This document shows positions 46,578 through 55,473 of a DNA stretch of 64,000 nt, one piece after another. Location: IMG/VR virus record IMGVR_UViG_3300025137_000023, positions 1 through 64,000 of that record; one strand, given 5' to 3'. The notes under the pieces are model-generated. The model worked only from the letters and a program-made list of their open reading frames with translations. It was not told where the DNA came from and ran no database searches. A program made the translations under genes and the position numbers. Within the stretch, counting starts at the first letter, position 1; each line of letters begins with the position of its first letter. Source of the stretch: a virus.

Positions 46578-47113
46578 TATATTCTCTTTATACCTGTTTT
46601 AGATCTTGCTTTTTGTTTAGGTGTTTGTTCTTTAGGAACACTCACGGATTTTTGTGGTGCTAATGCATCTGCAATACCTTTAGTAGTTTTCTTTTCCAGG
46701 TCTTCTGGTCTAACAAAATTACCTTCAGCATCTTCAACCCATTCATCTTCACTTACAGGTTCGTCTAATGGACCTGATGGATCTTCGTCAACAATTTTAT
46801 CTGCTTCTACTGTAGGAGCAGGTACTTGTTGTACTGGTTCGTCGGCTTGTACTTGATTATTTACAACACCTTCACCTTCGATGTTTGGATCTCTAGGCAT
46901 AGCATCATCTTTAGGAACAATAGAGTTAGAAGTTGCATAATGCTCTTTCATAACATCTTCTCGAGTCCTAACAATTTTACCACCAGCGCCTAACTGATCT
47001 CCACGGGCATTTACACTCATATTTCCGACAGCAATTACTGTTTCGTTTTGTAGAGTTAATGTACCCATATCGACTTGCTTACCGTTAGCAGTTCTGTATG
47101 TCTTATTTGCCAT
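46577..47113 (-). CDS. hypothetical late protein
   Basis: RTANGK.VDM and GNM.VNARGD.LG.GG motifs. Confidence 0.65.
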   Translation of the reverse strand: MANKTYRTANGKQVDMGTLTLQNETVIAVGNMSVNARGDQLGAGGKIVRTREDVMKEHYATSNSIVPKDDAMPRDPNIEGEGVVNNQVQADEPVQQVPAPTVEADKIVDEDPSGPLDEPVSEDEWVEDAEGNFVRPEDLEKKTTKGIADALAPQKSVSVPKEQTPKQKARSKTGIKRI

Positions 47114-47143
47114 ATTATTTCTCCAATTATATACTACTATTAT

Positions 47144-47668
47144 TTATCTAAGGAACTCGCCCACATCTAAATCATAGTACATACTGTTAACTTTGTGTAC
47201 TCCTAATTTATATAAAACAAAACTTGAGACACTAGAACCTCTTCCAAGTCCCATTACCACATTGTTTTTCTTCATAGTTTCTACAAAATACTTTAAAAAC
47301 TTCAATAGTTCTATTAATTTACGTTCTTGGTACATGAGTAATTCAGCACCAACTCGTTGTAATTCTTCGTCATTATCACATTGTTCTAGTAGCCATTTAC
47401 ATATATCAAAATCTGCATATTCTTTAGGCATATTCCAATGGCTTTGATTTTCAATGTCAAAATCTTCTACAGAAATGCTTGGCTTTTCAATTGACTGTAA
47501 TCTAGGACCTTCACTATATAACTTATTCGCACTGCTATTATACGCCTCTGGATCTAATACATTAAACTTACTAATATCTAAATTAGGGTTTTCATATAAT
47601 GCTTTAAAAAGATCAAGTTCGTTATGATATACAATACCGTATTCGTCTGTGTGCATATTACTTTCCAT
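47144..47668 (-). CDS. DNA polymerase III alpha (DnaE)-like fragment
   Basis: R...EL, GLGRGSSVSS.VLY.LG and Y.L...EFL motifs; ends before PDIDxD. Confidence 0.75.
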   Translation of the reverse strand: MESNMHTDEYGIVYHNELDLFKALYENPNLDISKFNVLDPEAYNSSANKLYSEGPRLQSIEKPSISVEDFDIENQSHWNMPKEYADFDICKWLLEQCDNDEELQRVGAELLMYQERKLIELLKFLKYFVETMKKNNVVMGLGRGSSVSSFVLYKLGVHKVNSMYYDLDVGEFLR

Positions 47669-47697
47669 ATAATACTATATTATACAGTATATGGTGA

Positions 47698-47937
47698 CTA
47701 TTTGTCAAGTATATTATTATTCTTCTTTTCTTGCTTTTCTATCTGCATTTGACTAGATTTTGCCCATCTCTTTTCTTGTTCCATATTGGCTTCTCCTAGC
47801 ATAACAGTAATTTGTTGTATTGCGCCAGTATTTCCAGTCTTATAAAAGAAGTTGTGTCTTTTGTGTAAGTCGCTAATTCTATCAGTTAATTTATCATCAC
47901 TGAGTTTAGTTATATCTTCTTGTCTAGGATCAAACAT
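47698..47937 (-). CDS. hypothetical protein
   Basis: ORF coupled to rpiB. Confidence 0.55.
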   Translation of the reverse strand: MFDPRQEDITKLSDDKLTDRISDLHKRHNFFYKTGNTGAIQQITVMLGEANMEQEKRWAKSSQMQIEKQEKKNNNILDK

Positions 47938-48391
47938 TTCTTAATTTTCCTAATCTTTTAGTATGTCTTCCACCTTCAAATTTAGTAGTAAAAAATGCAC
48001 GGACAATTTCCCATACATCTTTTTGTTTTACAAAATCTGCTCCTAAACATAATACATTAATATCGTTATGCTTACGAGCCATGTGTGCATCTTTAACAGT
48101 TCTACAATTTGCCGCTCTAATATGTGGATATCTATTTGCGGCAATAGTTACACCAAACCCTGACCCACAGACTAAGATACCATGTGTTTGGAATTCTAAA
48201 TTACTTGCTAATTCTTTTACAATATCTGGATAGTCAACAGACTTATCATTGTACGCACCTACATCTATTAGTACACCAATACCAAATTTTGTAGGCTCTT
48301 CGTCTGTATTGGGTGCAACGTAATTATAAATCCAGTCTTTAAGTTTTAGACCTCTATGGTCACTTCCTATCGATAAACTAATGTCTTGCAT
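47930..48391 (-). CDS. rpiB: ribose-5-phosphate isomerase B
   Basis: SDH.G, DYPD, CGSGFG..IAANR, R.HND.NVLCLG and FEGGRH motifs. Confidence 0.93.
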   Translation of the reverse strand: MQDISLSIGSDHRGLKLKDWIYNYVAPNTDEEPTKFGIGVLIDVGAYNDKSVDYPDIVKELASNLEFQTHGILVCGSGFGVTIAANRYPHIRAANCRTVKDAHMARKHNDINVLCLGADFVKQKDVWEIVRAFFTTKFEGGRHTKRLGKLRNV

Positions 48392-48408
48392 AATAGTATT
48401 TACTCATT

Positions 48409-49647
48409 TTAAAAGTAGTTCTGTATTTCTCCTTCTCGAACAGTATCTAATGTTAAACAATGTAGACCCCCGTCCCAGAAGTTTCTATGCCTAAAACGGC
48501 AGTATATTGGTTCTATTCCATGTTGTTTTAACTTATTGTGTACTTGTTTTTGGTAGTTCATTGATAAAATAGTACTTTCATTTACACTCAACATATTAAC
48601 TTCAAATTGTGTTTCTTCTGCATATCCTACCCACTGATCTAACCACGATTCAATAAATTTAGTATACTCTGGATTATCTTTAGCATCAGGTGTCCACCAT
48701 TTTCCTTGTGTAAGATGTTTCTCTTCTTGCCAACTACCATATTCTGACTGCATAGTTTTTGCTTTACCTGTACCAATTTGTAAAACTTCCCAACCTGGTA
48801 ATGTTTCTTTAAAATCATCTTTGTCTAAATACGAAGCGGCAATAACAAGACCTGGCTTTGGTAAATTAAACGTTGCATCACTATGACCACCATTAGCAGT
48901 ATTAGTACGTCTAAACTCTGGGTACAATTCTATCATAGCATCATCTAAATTTTCAACATCTTTTGTGTCAATAATTAAAGTGTTGCCTACTCTAGTAACA
49001 GTTGGTGCCCAGAACCCCCAAGTATAACTCATTGCTCTAATATAGTCAGGGTCACTAGAAAACGTACCTTCTGGAATACTTGGATCAAACCATTCTGCTT
49101 TATATTTTGTATCGTATTCAACGTAGGACTTTCTAGGTATAAACGGTCCTCTAAATTTTCTTTTCTTTGGATCAATAGTTAATCTTAAATCTAAACAATC
49201 TGGATTAATAAAGTTTTGTCCACTTGTTGTCATAAACTTATGGAATTCTGGATACTGTTGAGTTAACAATATCTTTTTACCCATTGTTATAAGATAATCT
49301 CTAGGCATTAAAGCAGGTTTAGGTATTCCTCTAAAACCTTCTTTTTGATCTTCGTAATATTCCATAATACTTGAATACCCAACTCCGTGAGTACTAGTAT
49401 CTGATAACGTTGCCGCCTGTGTTAAGTTAGGGTGCAATCTAACAACATCTACACCTAAATCTTCTAGTGTCTTTTGTATGTTGTCTAAGTCTTCGTGTGT
49501 CTCGTATAAAAGTTTTTGTAACAAGTCTCTTAACTTGTGATCTTTTAAGTCTTCAAAAAATTCTGGTTTAAAAACATTTCCTAAAACAACTTGCTTTAAT
49601 GGATCCCAACCATTCCATGCGTTTGCTTTATTAATTCTATAATCCAT
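48409..49647 (-). CDS. amidinotransferase (pentein fold; glycine/inosamine amidinotransferase family)
   Basis: N.WDPLKQVVLG, PRD, H.D, VNMLS and GGLHC.TLD..R motifs. Confidence 0.85.
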   Translation of the reverse strand: MDYRINKANAWNGWDPLKQVVLGNVFKPEFFEDLKDHKLRDLLQKLLYETHEDLDNIQKTLEDLGVDVVRLHPNLTQAATLSDTSTHGVGYSSIMEYYEDQKEGFRGIPKPALMPRDYLITMGKKILLTQQYPEFHKFMTTSGQNFINPDCLDLRLTIDPKKRKFRGPFIPRKSYVEYDTKYKAEWFDPSIPEGTFSSDPDYIRAMSYTWGFWAPTVTRVGNTLIIDTKDVENLDDAMIELYPEFRRTNTANGGHSDATFNLPKPGLVIAASYLDKDDFKETLPGWEVLQIGTGKAKTMQSEYGSWQEEKHLTQGKWWTPDAKDNPEYTKFIESWLDQWVGYAEETQFEVNMLSVNESTILSMNYQKQVHNKLKQHGIEPIYCRFRHRNFWDGGLHCLTLDTVREGEIQNYF

Positions 49648-49808
49648 TAGTCTTCTTTTAATCTAAATTTAATATTGCAATATCCACATATTGCTTCTCC
49701 ACCATCTGGTATATTATAATATACTTTAGGATGATCATCATCTTCTCCAGTACATGACACCTGCTTACTGCTTACATATATTATTGTTTCTTCTATTTTG
49801 TCTTCCAC
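49647..49808 (-). CDS. zf-CHCC zinc-finger protein (not in ORF track)
   Basis: translated by hand from GTG: VSCTG...HPKVY...CGYCNIKF. Confidence 0.75.
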   Translation of the reverse strand: MEDKIEETIIYVSSKQVSCTGEDDDHPKVYYNIPDGGEAICGYCNIKFRLKED

Positions 49809-50242
49809 TACAGTGGGCCTAGCCTTTCAAATCCTTGTATATTCTCTTTATATTTGTGTGCTGGTCCTAAATACATATATTTGTAACCTTTTGCTTTATA
49901 TATTGCACATTCATGACGTAAACTTTTTATTCCTAAATGTAATTTAGGATTTTTGTAGTCCCAAGCAAATTGATATGCTTCAACATTTTTATCATCATAA
50001 TTTTGTATAATACTAAATGCAACTAATTCGTCTTTGTCATAATATCCCATAATATCATTCTGCTCAAATTCGGCAGGAAATATTGGCATGAAACTTTTAA
50101 ACTTTTTATACCTGCAATAGTCTTCATAGATACTTAACAATCTTTCGATTGGAGGATCTTGCAGTATCTTTGCATTTTTAATTTGTTTGTAGTTAGTCTT
50201 TTGTAAATTTATTCGACAGTGGATAAGTTCAAATTCTTCCAT
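49808..50242 (-). CDS. ATE1/Bpt C-terminal-like GNAT (aminoacyl-tRNA protein transferase-like)
   Basis: LVAFS, FAWDY..PKL.LG..SL..E...K..G.KYMYLG...YK. Confidence 0.55.
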   Translation of the reverse strand: MEEFELIHCRINLQKTNYKQIKNAKILQDPPIERLLSIYEDYCRYKKFKSFMPIFPAEFEQNDIMGYYDKDELVAFSIIQNYDDKNVEAYQFAWDYKNPKLHLGIKSLRHECAIYKAKGYKYMYLGPAHKYKENIQGFERLGPL

Positions 50243-50271
50243 TCAAATACTCCTAATTAGTAGAGTAGTAT

Positions 50272-50751
50272 TTATTTGAATCTCCATGTCACTACATCAT
50301 CATAGTGATCCTTATCCCATTCTTTGTAATAACCTTTTTTCTTTAAAATTTTACTTGCTTGATTAAGTTTAGAAAGCCTTTGCACTAATATTAGAATACA
50401 CTTTCCAAAGTTTAAACTGACGGTTTTCCATTCCTCTGCGTCATCTGGGTGATCTTCTAATGCTACTATATCTTTATCCATAGCATTATTATTAAAAGCA
50501 TCAACCAGTTCTACTAATTGCACTGGTGTAAATTCTTTTGTATCTGCATATAAGCAAACAACTTCAAATTTATCATTCCAATTATCAACCAAATGTACTA
50601 GTGTTGACAGTGTATTACTTTTATCTACTTCTCTGTATTCAATTTTATTAGATACTAAGGCTTGTTTGGCAAATGGACATGGAATTTGGTCTATAGTGGT
50701 ATTATGCACCGACACAAATTCTTCTATCCATTTTTTAATTTCATCAATCAA
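50272..50751 (-). CDS. DUF1415-like hypothetical protein
   Basis: W...FV, CPFAK and HPD motifs. Confidence 0.5.
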   Translation of the reverse strand: MIDEIKKWIEEFVSVHNTTIDQIPCPFAKQALVSNKIEYREVDKSNTLSTLVHLVDNWNDKFEVVCLYADTKEFTPVQLVELVDAFNNNAMDKDIVALEDHPDDAEEWKTVSLNFGKCILILVQRLSKLNQASKILKKKGYYKEWDKDHYDDVVTWRFK

Positions 50752-51158
50752 AGATCGCCTTCTTTACGATTCTCTGAATAATGTACATCAAATTCTCCGC
50801 CTGGATAACGTGACTTTAATTTATGCACGTTTTCTTCTATAACTGCATTAGGATCCAAATCCAAAGCACGGCAAGAATTAATCCAATACCACATAATATC
50901 GCCCAACTCTCGTTTGGCATGAAATATAGTTTCATCGTCCAATGGTTTACCTTGGAAGATACATTTTTTAACAATTTCAGCAAATTCACCTCCTTCACTT
51001 GCTATACCTATTGAACCGGTTAACAATAATGCCATATTAACACCACTGTCTTTTTCAAGTTTTTCTAACTGTGCAGTTAGTCCACCAGTTTCGTTACTTT
51101 GTAGAGAAGTTACCTTCTCTACGAATTCTTTATACTTGTTTAAATCAACTTGGTTCAT
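50748..51158 (-). CDS. mazG: MazG-like nucleotide pyrophosphohydrolase
   Basis: E.GEF.EIVKK, ELGDIMWY and N..KL..RYP motifs. Confidence 0.88.
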   Translation of the reverse strand: MNQVDLNKYKEFVEKVTSLQSNETGGLTAQLEKLEKDSGVNMALLLTGSIGIASEGGEFAEIVKKCIFQGKPLDDETIFHAKRELGDIMWYWINSCRALDLDPNAVIEENVHKLKSRYPGGEFDVHYSENRKEGDL

Positions 51159-51159
51159 A

Positions 51160-51246
51160 TTAAGATACCTGTATTGCTACATAGATTAAAACTCCAAGTA
51201 TGCTGAAATTAATAATCATATTGATATAGTTTGGGTTTGGTGTCAT
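51160..51246 (-). CDS. 28-aa single-TM micropeptide (not in ORF track)
   Basis: MTPNPNYINMIINFSILGVLIYVAIQVS; GGAG RBS; fills the prs-mazG gap exactly. Confidence 0.45.
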   Translation of the reverse strand: MTPNPNYINMIINFSILGVLIYVAIQVS

Positions 51247-51247
51247 A

Positions 51248-52204
51248 TTATTTTACTCCATTATTAAATAAACTGCTTACAGATTCTTCGTTTGTAATTC
51301 TACGAATTGCTTCGCCAAATAATTGTCCTGTTGAAAGTTGAAATGTCTTTTTGCAATCATCTGGACAACGCCATTTAATCGAATCTGTAATTACTAACTC
51401 TTCTAAAACACTTCCTTCAACTTTTTTACAAGCGTCATTTGTAAGAACACCATGTGTAATATATGCTCTAACAGATAATGCTCCTTGATCCATAATTGTT
51501 TTGGCGGCATTTACAAGTGTGCCTCCACTATCAATAATGTCATCAACTATAATTGCGTGTTTATCTTTAACGTCACCTATAAGTCCCATTACTTCACTTA
51601 CACCTGCTTTAGGTCTACGTTTATCTACAATAGCAATATCGCCATTGAACATATCTGCAAACTTACGAGCTCGTGCAGTACCTCCTGCATCAGGACTAAC
51701 AAATACTGTTTCTGATTGTGTTGTATCTGATAAGTTTAATTTTCGTTTAATATCTTTTGCAAATACAATTCGACTTGTTAAGTCATCAACTGGTATATCA
51801 AAAAATCCTTGTATTTGTCCTGCGTGTAGATCCATAGTTAAAACTCTATCGGCTCCAGCAGTAGTAATTAAATTTGCAACCAACTTTGCAGTAATAGGTG
51901 TACGACTTGCACTCTTCCTATCTTGCCTAGCATAACCAAAGTATGGCATAACTGCCGTAATACGTTTTGCACTACTACGTTTGGCGGCATCAATCATAAC
52001 CATTAATTCCATAAGGCTATCATTAACTGGTGTACTTGTTGATTGTATAATAAAGACGTCTTCGCCCCTGACATTTTCTAAAAACTCTACACTGCTTTCG
52101 CCATCTGCAAAGGTTGAAATATTAGAAGGGACTATGTTTGTGAAACAATGTTCAGAAACATCATTAGCAAGTTGGGGATTGCTATTTCCTGCGATAATCT
52201 TCAT
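51248..52204 (-). CDS. prs: ribose-phosphate pyrophosphokinase
   Basis: FADGE, YFGYARQDRK, DLHAGQIQGFFD, SPDAGG and DDIIDSGGT motifs. Confidence 0.96.
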   Translation of the reverse strand: MKIIAGNSNPQLANDVSEHCFTNIVPSNISTFADGESSVEFLENVRGEDVFIIQSTSTPVNDSLMELMVMIDAAKRSSAKRITAVMPYFGYARQDRKSASRTPITAKLVANLITTAGADRVLTMDLHAGQIQGFFDIPVDDLTSRIVFAKDIKRKLNLSDTTQSETVFVSPDAGGTARARKFADMFNGDIAIVDKRRPKAGVSEVMGLIGDVKDKHAIIVDDIIDSGGTLVNAAKTIMDQGALSVRAYITHGVLTNDACKKVEGSVLEELVITDSIKWRCPDDCKKTFQLSTGQLFGEAIRRITNEESVSSLFNNGVK

Positions 52205-52278
52205 AGAAACTCCGTGAATTAATTATAAGTTATTATAATATATTCAAGTGTCTAAAGTCAAGTAAAAAGTAAGATTTA

Positions 52279-53022
52279 TTACCAAGTAAGTGTTGTTCTT
52301 GTCCAGATTGCAGTACTGCCATCATAGTTTGCTACACAAACATATAGATATTCTGTTGAGCCATCTTTACCACGGCATACCATGCCTTTTGTGTCGCCTG
52401 CGGCACCAGTATTTGTAGTAATTACACGTTCTGGAATACCTTTTGCAACCTGTGGTCCTGATAAAACTGTTACAGTTATTGTAGTACCGTTGTCGTCTGT
52501 AGAGAATCTAAACAGATGTTTACCTGTAGAAGCAAAAGTAATCACGTTACTTGCAATTCCTTGGATACTTGAAGTACCTAATGAAACTGCTGAAGGTAAT
52601 GTTAAAGTGTGTGTAACATTTGTAACATCAATTTCAACGTGTAGTTCTGCATACTTGCCTGTTGCGGGCCAGTTGCTAAAACCTAATGTAACGGAACCAC
52701 TAGTTGATAGTGTAGAAAGTTCGCCACTTTGGAAGTTTAATGTTACAGTACCTGTTACAGTTCCTGCTGAATTTTTAGTTTTAACTACTCTGTTTAATTC
52801 AACGTTATATATAGTATTTCCACCTAAATCGTTATCAAGTGATCCACCTGTTAACGCAGATTTGAAAATACCTTTAGTTTGTAGGTCTTCAATTTCAGTT
52901 TTCGCATAACCTAGGTTAGTCTTTACGTTAGTAAAGTTATCTCTAAATCCTTGTGAACTGTTATCCTGTCCTGCAACTGGAAACGTACCGTCTATATTTG
53001 TTGTATTAATTGAACTAGCCAT
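52279..53022 (-). CDS. virion (tail/baseplate) structural protein
   Basis: FPVAGQDN.SQGFRDNF N-terminus; T/G-rich; C-terminal YLYVC...W module shared with 57204..57896. Confidence 0.7.
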   Translation of the reverse strand: MASSINTTNIDGTFPVAGQDNSSQGFRDNFTNVKTNLGYAKTEIEDLQTKGIFKSALTGGSLDNDLGGNTIYNVELNRVVKTKNSAGTVTGTVTLNFQSGELSTLSTSGSVTLGFSNWPATGKYAELHVEIDVTNVTHTLTLPSAVSLGTSSIQGIASNVITFASTGKHLFRFSTDDNGTTITVTVLSGPQVAKGIPERVITTNTGAAGDTKGMVCRGKDGSTEYLYVCVANYDGSTAIWTRTTLTW

Positions 53023-53072
53023 ATTTCTTAAACTCCGTATTACTTTTGTAATATATATTTATTTATCATTTA

Positions 53073-55439
53073 TTATGGTAAGTTTATTATCGTGTCCCTA
53101 GGGAATTTGACATAAACATTGCCATCTGTTATTTCTTTACGTTTTGTATCGATATTTGGGAAAAATCTTGTATTTTTGCCATCTAGGCTAGTTTTAGTTG
53201 AATCGAATGTTGTTTCATCTCCTACTAACCATGCCTTTGGACTACTTGTTTTGTCATAATTATTACTGAAATATGCATCTAGTACATACCTGTCCACAGT
53301 AAAATTAATTTTATTTAAGTTAATGGCAGTATTAATATTTAAATAATAAAGTATACGTTCTCCACTACCTGGTTTTAAATATGCTACTACGCAGGCTGGT
53401 GTGTATCCTAATACTGTTCCATCATCTTGTACACTAGTCATCCATCTTGGTAAAGTTCTACTATCTTGGATTCCTAGTTTGTCCTCAACACGTTTTTTCA
53501 TACGTTGTAAACTTGCTGGGTATAATCTTTTATTATTGTTTGCACTTGCTCTTAAATTAGCATTGTCTATATGACCGGCTCCTTCTGCCGTAATAGGATT
53601 ATTAATTGAAGAGTATGTAACTTCTAAATTTGCAGTTGTACCAACTGGTGGATCAAACACATCAGTTATTTCAGCATAAACAACATCATATATATGATTG
53701 TTGTCGTTGTCTGTTGCTTTTGCATATTTAAAATTACCAAATCTTAAATTTATAGTATGATGATTTCTATATACTGATTCAAAGTATTTTGAAAGTGTGT
53801 TTGCTGGTAGTCCTGGTAAGAAAAGCATTCTTGCTTTTTCTTGTCTACCAAAGTAAATATCGGTTGGTCTATATAATGCTTCATCTGGAATATCTTGTCT
53901 ATTGAAAACAACATTATCCCAAACTTTTCTATCTGCTGAAGTTGGTAATAAGTCAATATATAAATCTTCGTAAGGTGCACTATACTCGTTGTTAACTATA
54001 ATATTAAATGCTCTGTCATTAAACAAAGTACCAGTGTTATCTCTGGCTCTAATAGTAAACTTGTATGTTCCGTCAACTGTAGTTGTTGCTGAACTTGATA
54101 CTACATCTAATTTTGTTGTTCCTGAATCTAATTGGAATGTTTTAAAACTAGCTCTGCCTTCAATTTCTCCTCTAGAGTTTAAAGCCAAACCTTGTGGTAA
54201 CTTACTATTAGGTCTCATTTCGTAAATTAAATTTGTACCGTTTTTAGCAGTTGCCGAAACACCTAATGTACTAACTGATCCTGCTTGTAATACACCTAAA
54301 TCTGAAAGTGTATTCCATGTAATATCTAAATCTTTATTAGATTGTATTGTTAAGTTAAATTCGTGCGAATCAAAAAAGTTACTTGGATCACTTGTTCTTG
54401 CCGCTCTAACAATAAAAGTATAATCCTTAACTACTTGATTTAAGAAAGGAAGTTTTCCATGTATCCAGCCTGTAGTAGGATCAATAGTTAATCCACTTGG
54501 TAATACACCTGCTCTTGCATCAAATAATTCTGCATCATAACCTGCATTATCATAACTAGCATTACCTGTATATATACTGTAAGTAATACCAGCACCACTA
54601 TAATCAATAGCATCTACTTTAAAACTAAACATATTATCATGTAAAAATGTTCCAATGTTTGCTTTGCTATGTCTAATAATCGGACCATATTCACTGCTTG
54701 TATCTGCTTGAATTAATAAATCGTTTTTATCAGCACTAATTGTATCACTATCTGCTTTTAAATCAAATGCACCATATACATATATACTAAATTCTTTAAC
54801 AATAAATGCTTTTCCGTCAGTTGCTCTTGCAACAAAACGATACATTTTACTATAACTACCTACACCTGTACCAAAGTCAAAAAGTACAGTATCATATGCT
54901 GAAGTATCAAAACTTCCTGCCGCACTAGAACCTTCAACTAGTTTTGGTTGTATAAATCCTCTTACATAACCATCAGATGTTAGTGTTGCTCCTGTTGGTA
55001 ATTCGCCACTTAAAAATTCATATGATAATGTATCATCACTATCAGGATCATTTACTAATAATTGTTTATCTAGATATTGGAAGTCGATATAACTTCCTAA
55101 AAATTGTGTTGTTTCCCATACAGGAATATCTTGCCCTGTTACTGTTAATTGAAATGTTCTATCATTAACAATACCTGTAGAATCTGTTGCTCTTACTGTG
55201 AATTTACTTGTTACGTCTTGGCTTACTTCCATAGGAACGCCTTGCACCACTTTTCTAGGGTGTCCAAAAAGTGTTCCATTAGTTGCTAGTTCAATACCAT
55301 CAGGCAGTTTACCAGATACTGTTGAATATGCAATCGACCCACTTGCTGGATCTCTGGCATCAAGAGCAAAATGATAAAATTGACCTTCTTGTATTACGCC
55401 TAGGTTAGTTGCAGTAGTGTACCAAACAGGTGCCGCCAT
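53073..55439 (-). CDS. Ig/cadherin-repeat virion (baseplate) protein
   Basis: repeated G.LP.G..L...G...G.P and F.VRA.D units. Confidence 0.75.
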   Translation of the reverse strand: MAAPVWYTTATNLGVIQEGQFYHFALDARDPASGSIAYSTVSGKLPDGIELATNGTLFGHPRKVVQGVPMEVSQDVTSKFTVRATDSTGIVNDRTFQLTVTGQDIPVWETTQFLGSYIDFQYLDKQLLVNDPDSDDTLSYEFLSGELPTGATLTSDGYVRGFIQPKLVEGSSAAGSFDTSAYDTVLFDFGTGVGSYSKMYRFVARATDGKAFIVKEFSIYVYGAFDLKADSDTISADKNDLLIQADTSSEYGPIIRHSKANIGTFLHDNMFSFKVDAIDYSGAGITYSIYTGNASYDNAGYDAELFDARAGVLPSGLTIDPTTGWIHGKLPFLNQVVKDYTFIVRAARTSDPSNFFDSHEFNLTIQSNKDLDITWNTLSDLGVLQAGSVSTLGVSATAKNGTNLIYEMRPNSKLPQGLALNSRGEIEGRASFKTFQLDSGTTKLDVVSSSATTTVDGTYKFTIRARDNTGTLFNDRAFNIIVNNEYSAPYEDLYIDLLPTSADRKVWDNVVFNRQDIPDEALYRPTDIYFGRQEKARMLFLPGLPANTLSKYFESVYRNHHTINLRFGNFKYAKATDNDNNHIYDVVYAEITDVFDPPVGTTANLEVTYSSINNPITAEGAGHIDNANLRASANNNKRLYPASLQRMKKRVEDKLGIQDSRTLPRWMTSVQDDGTVLGYTPACVVAYLKPGSGERILYYLNINTAINLNKINFTVDRYVLDAYFSNNYDKTSSPKAWLVGDETTFDSTKTSLDGKNTRFFPNIDTKRKEITDGNVYVKFPRDTIINLP

Positions 55440-55473
55440 GATTTATCCTTAAATTACACTAGTATTTAGCAGA

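Noticed and set aside
25459-52204. NAD reconstitution pathway (Prs-like plus HIGH nucleotidyltransferase)
   Set aside because: Prs looks canonical, the two genes are about 25 kb apart, and no nicotinamide phosphoribosyltransferase-like gene is in the window.
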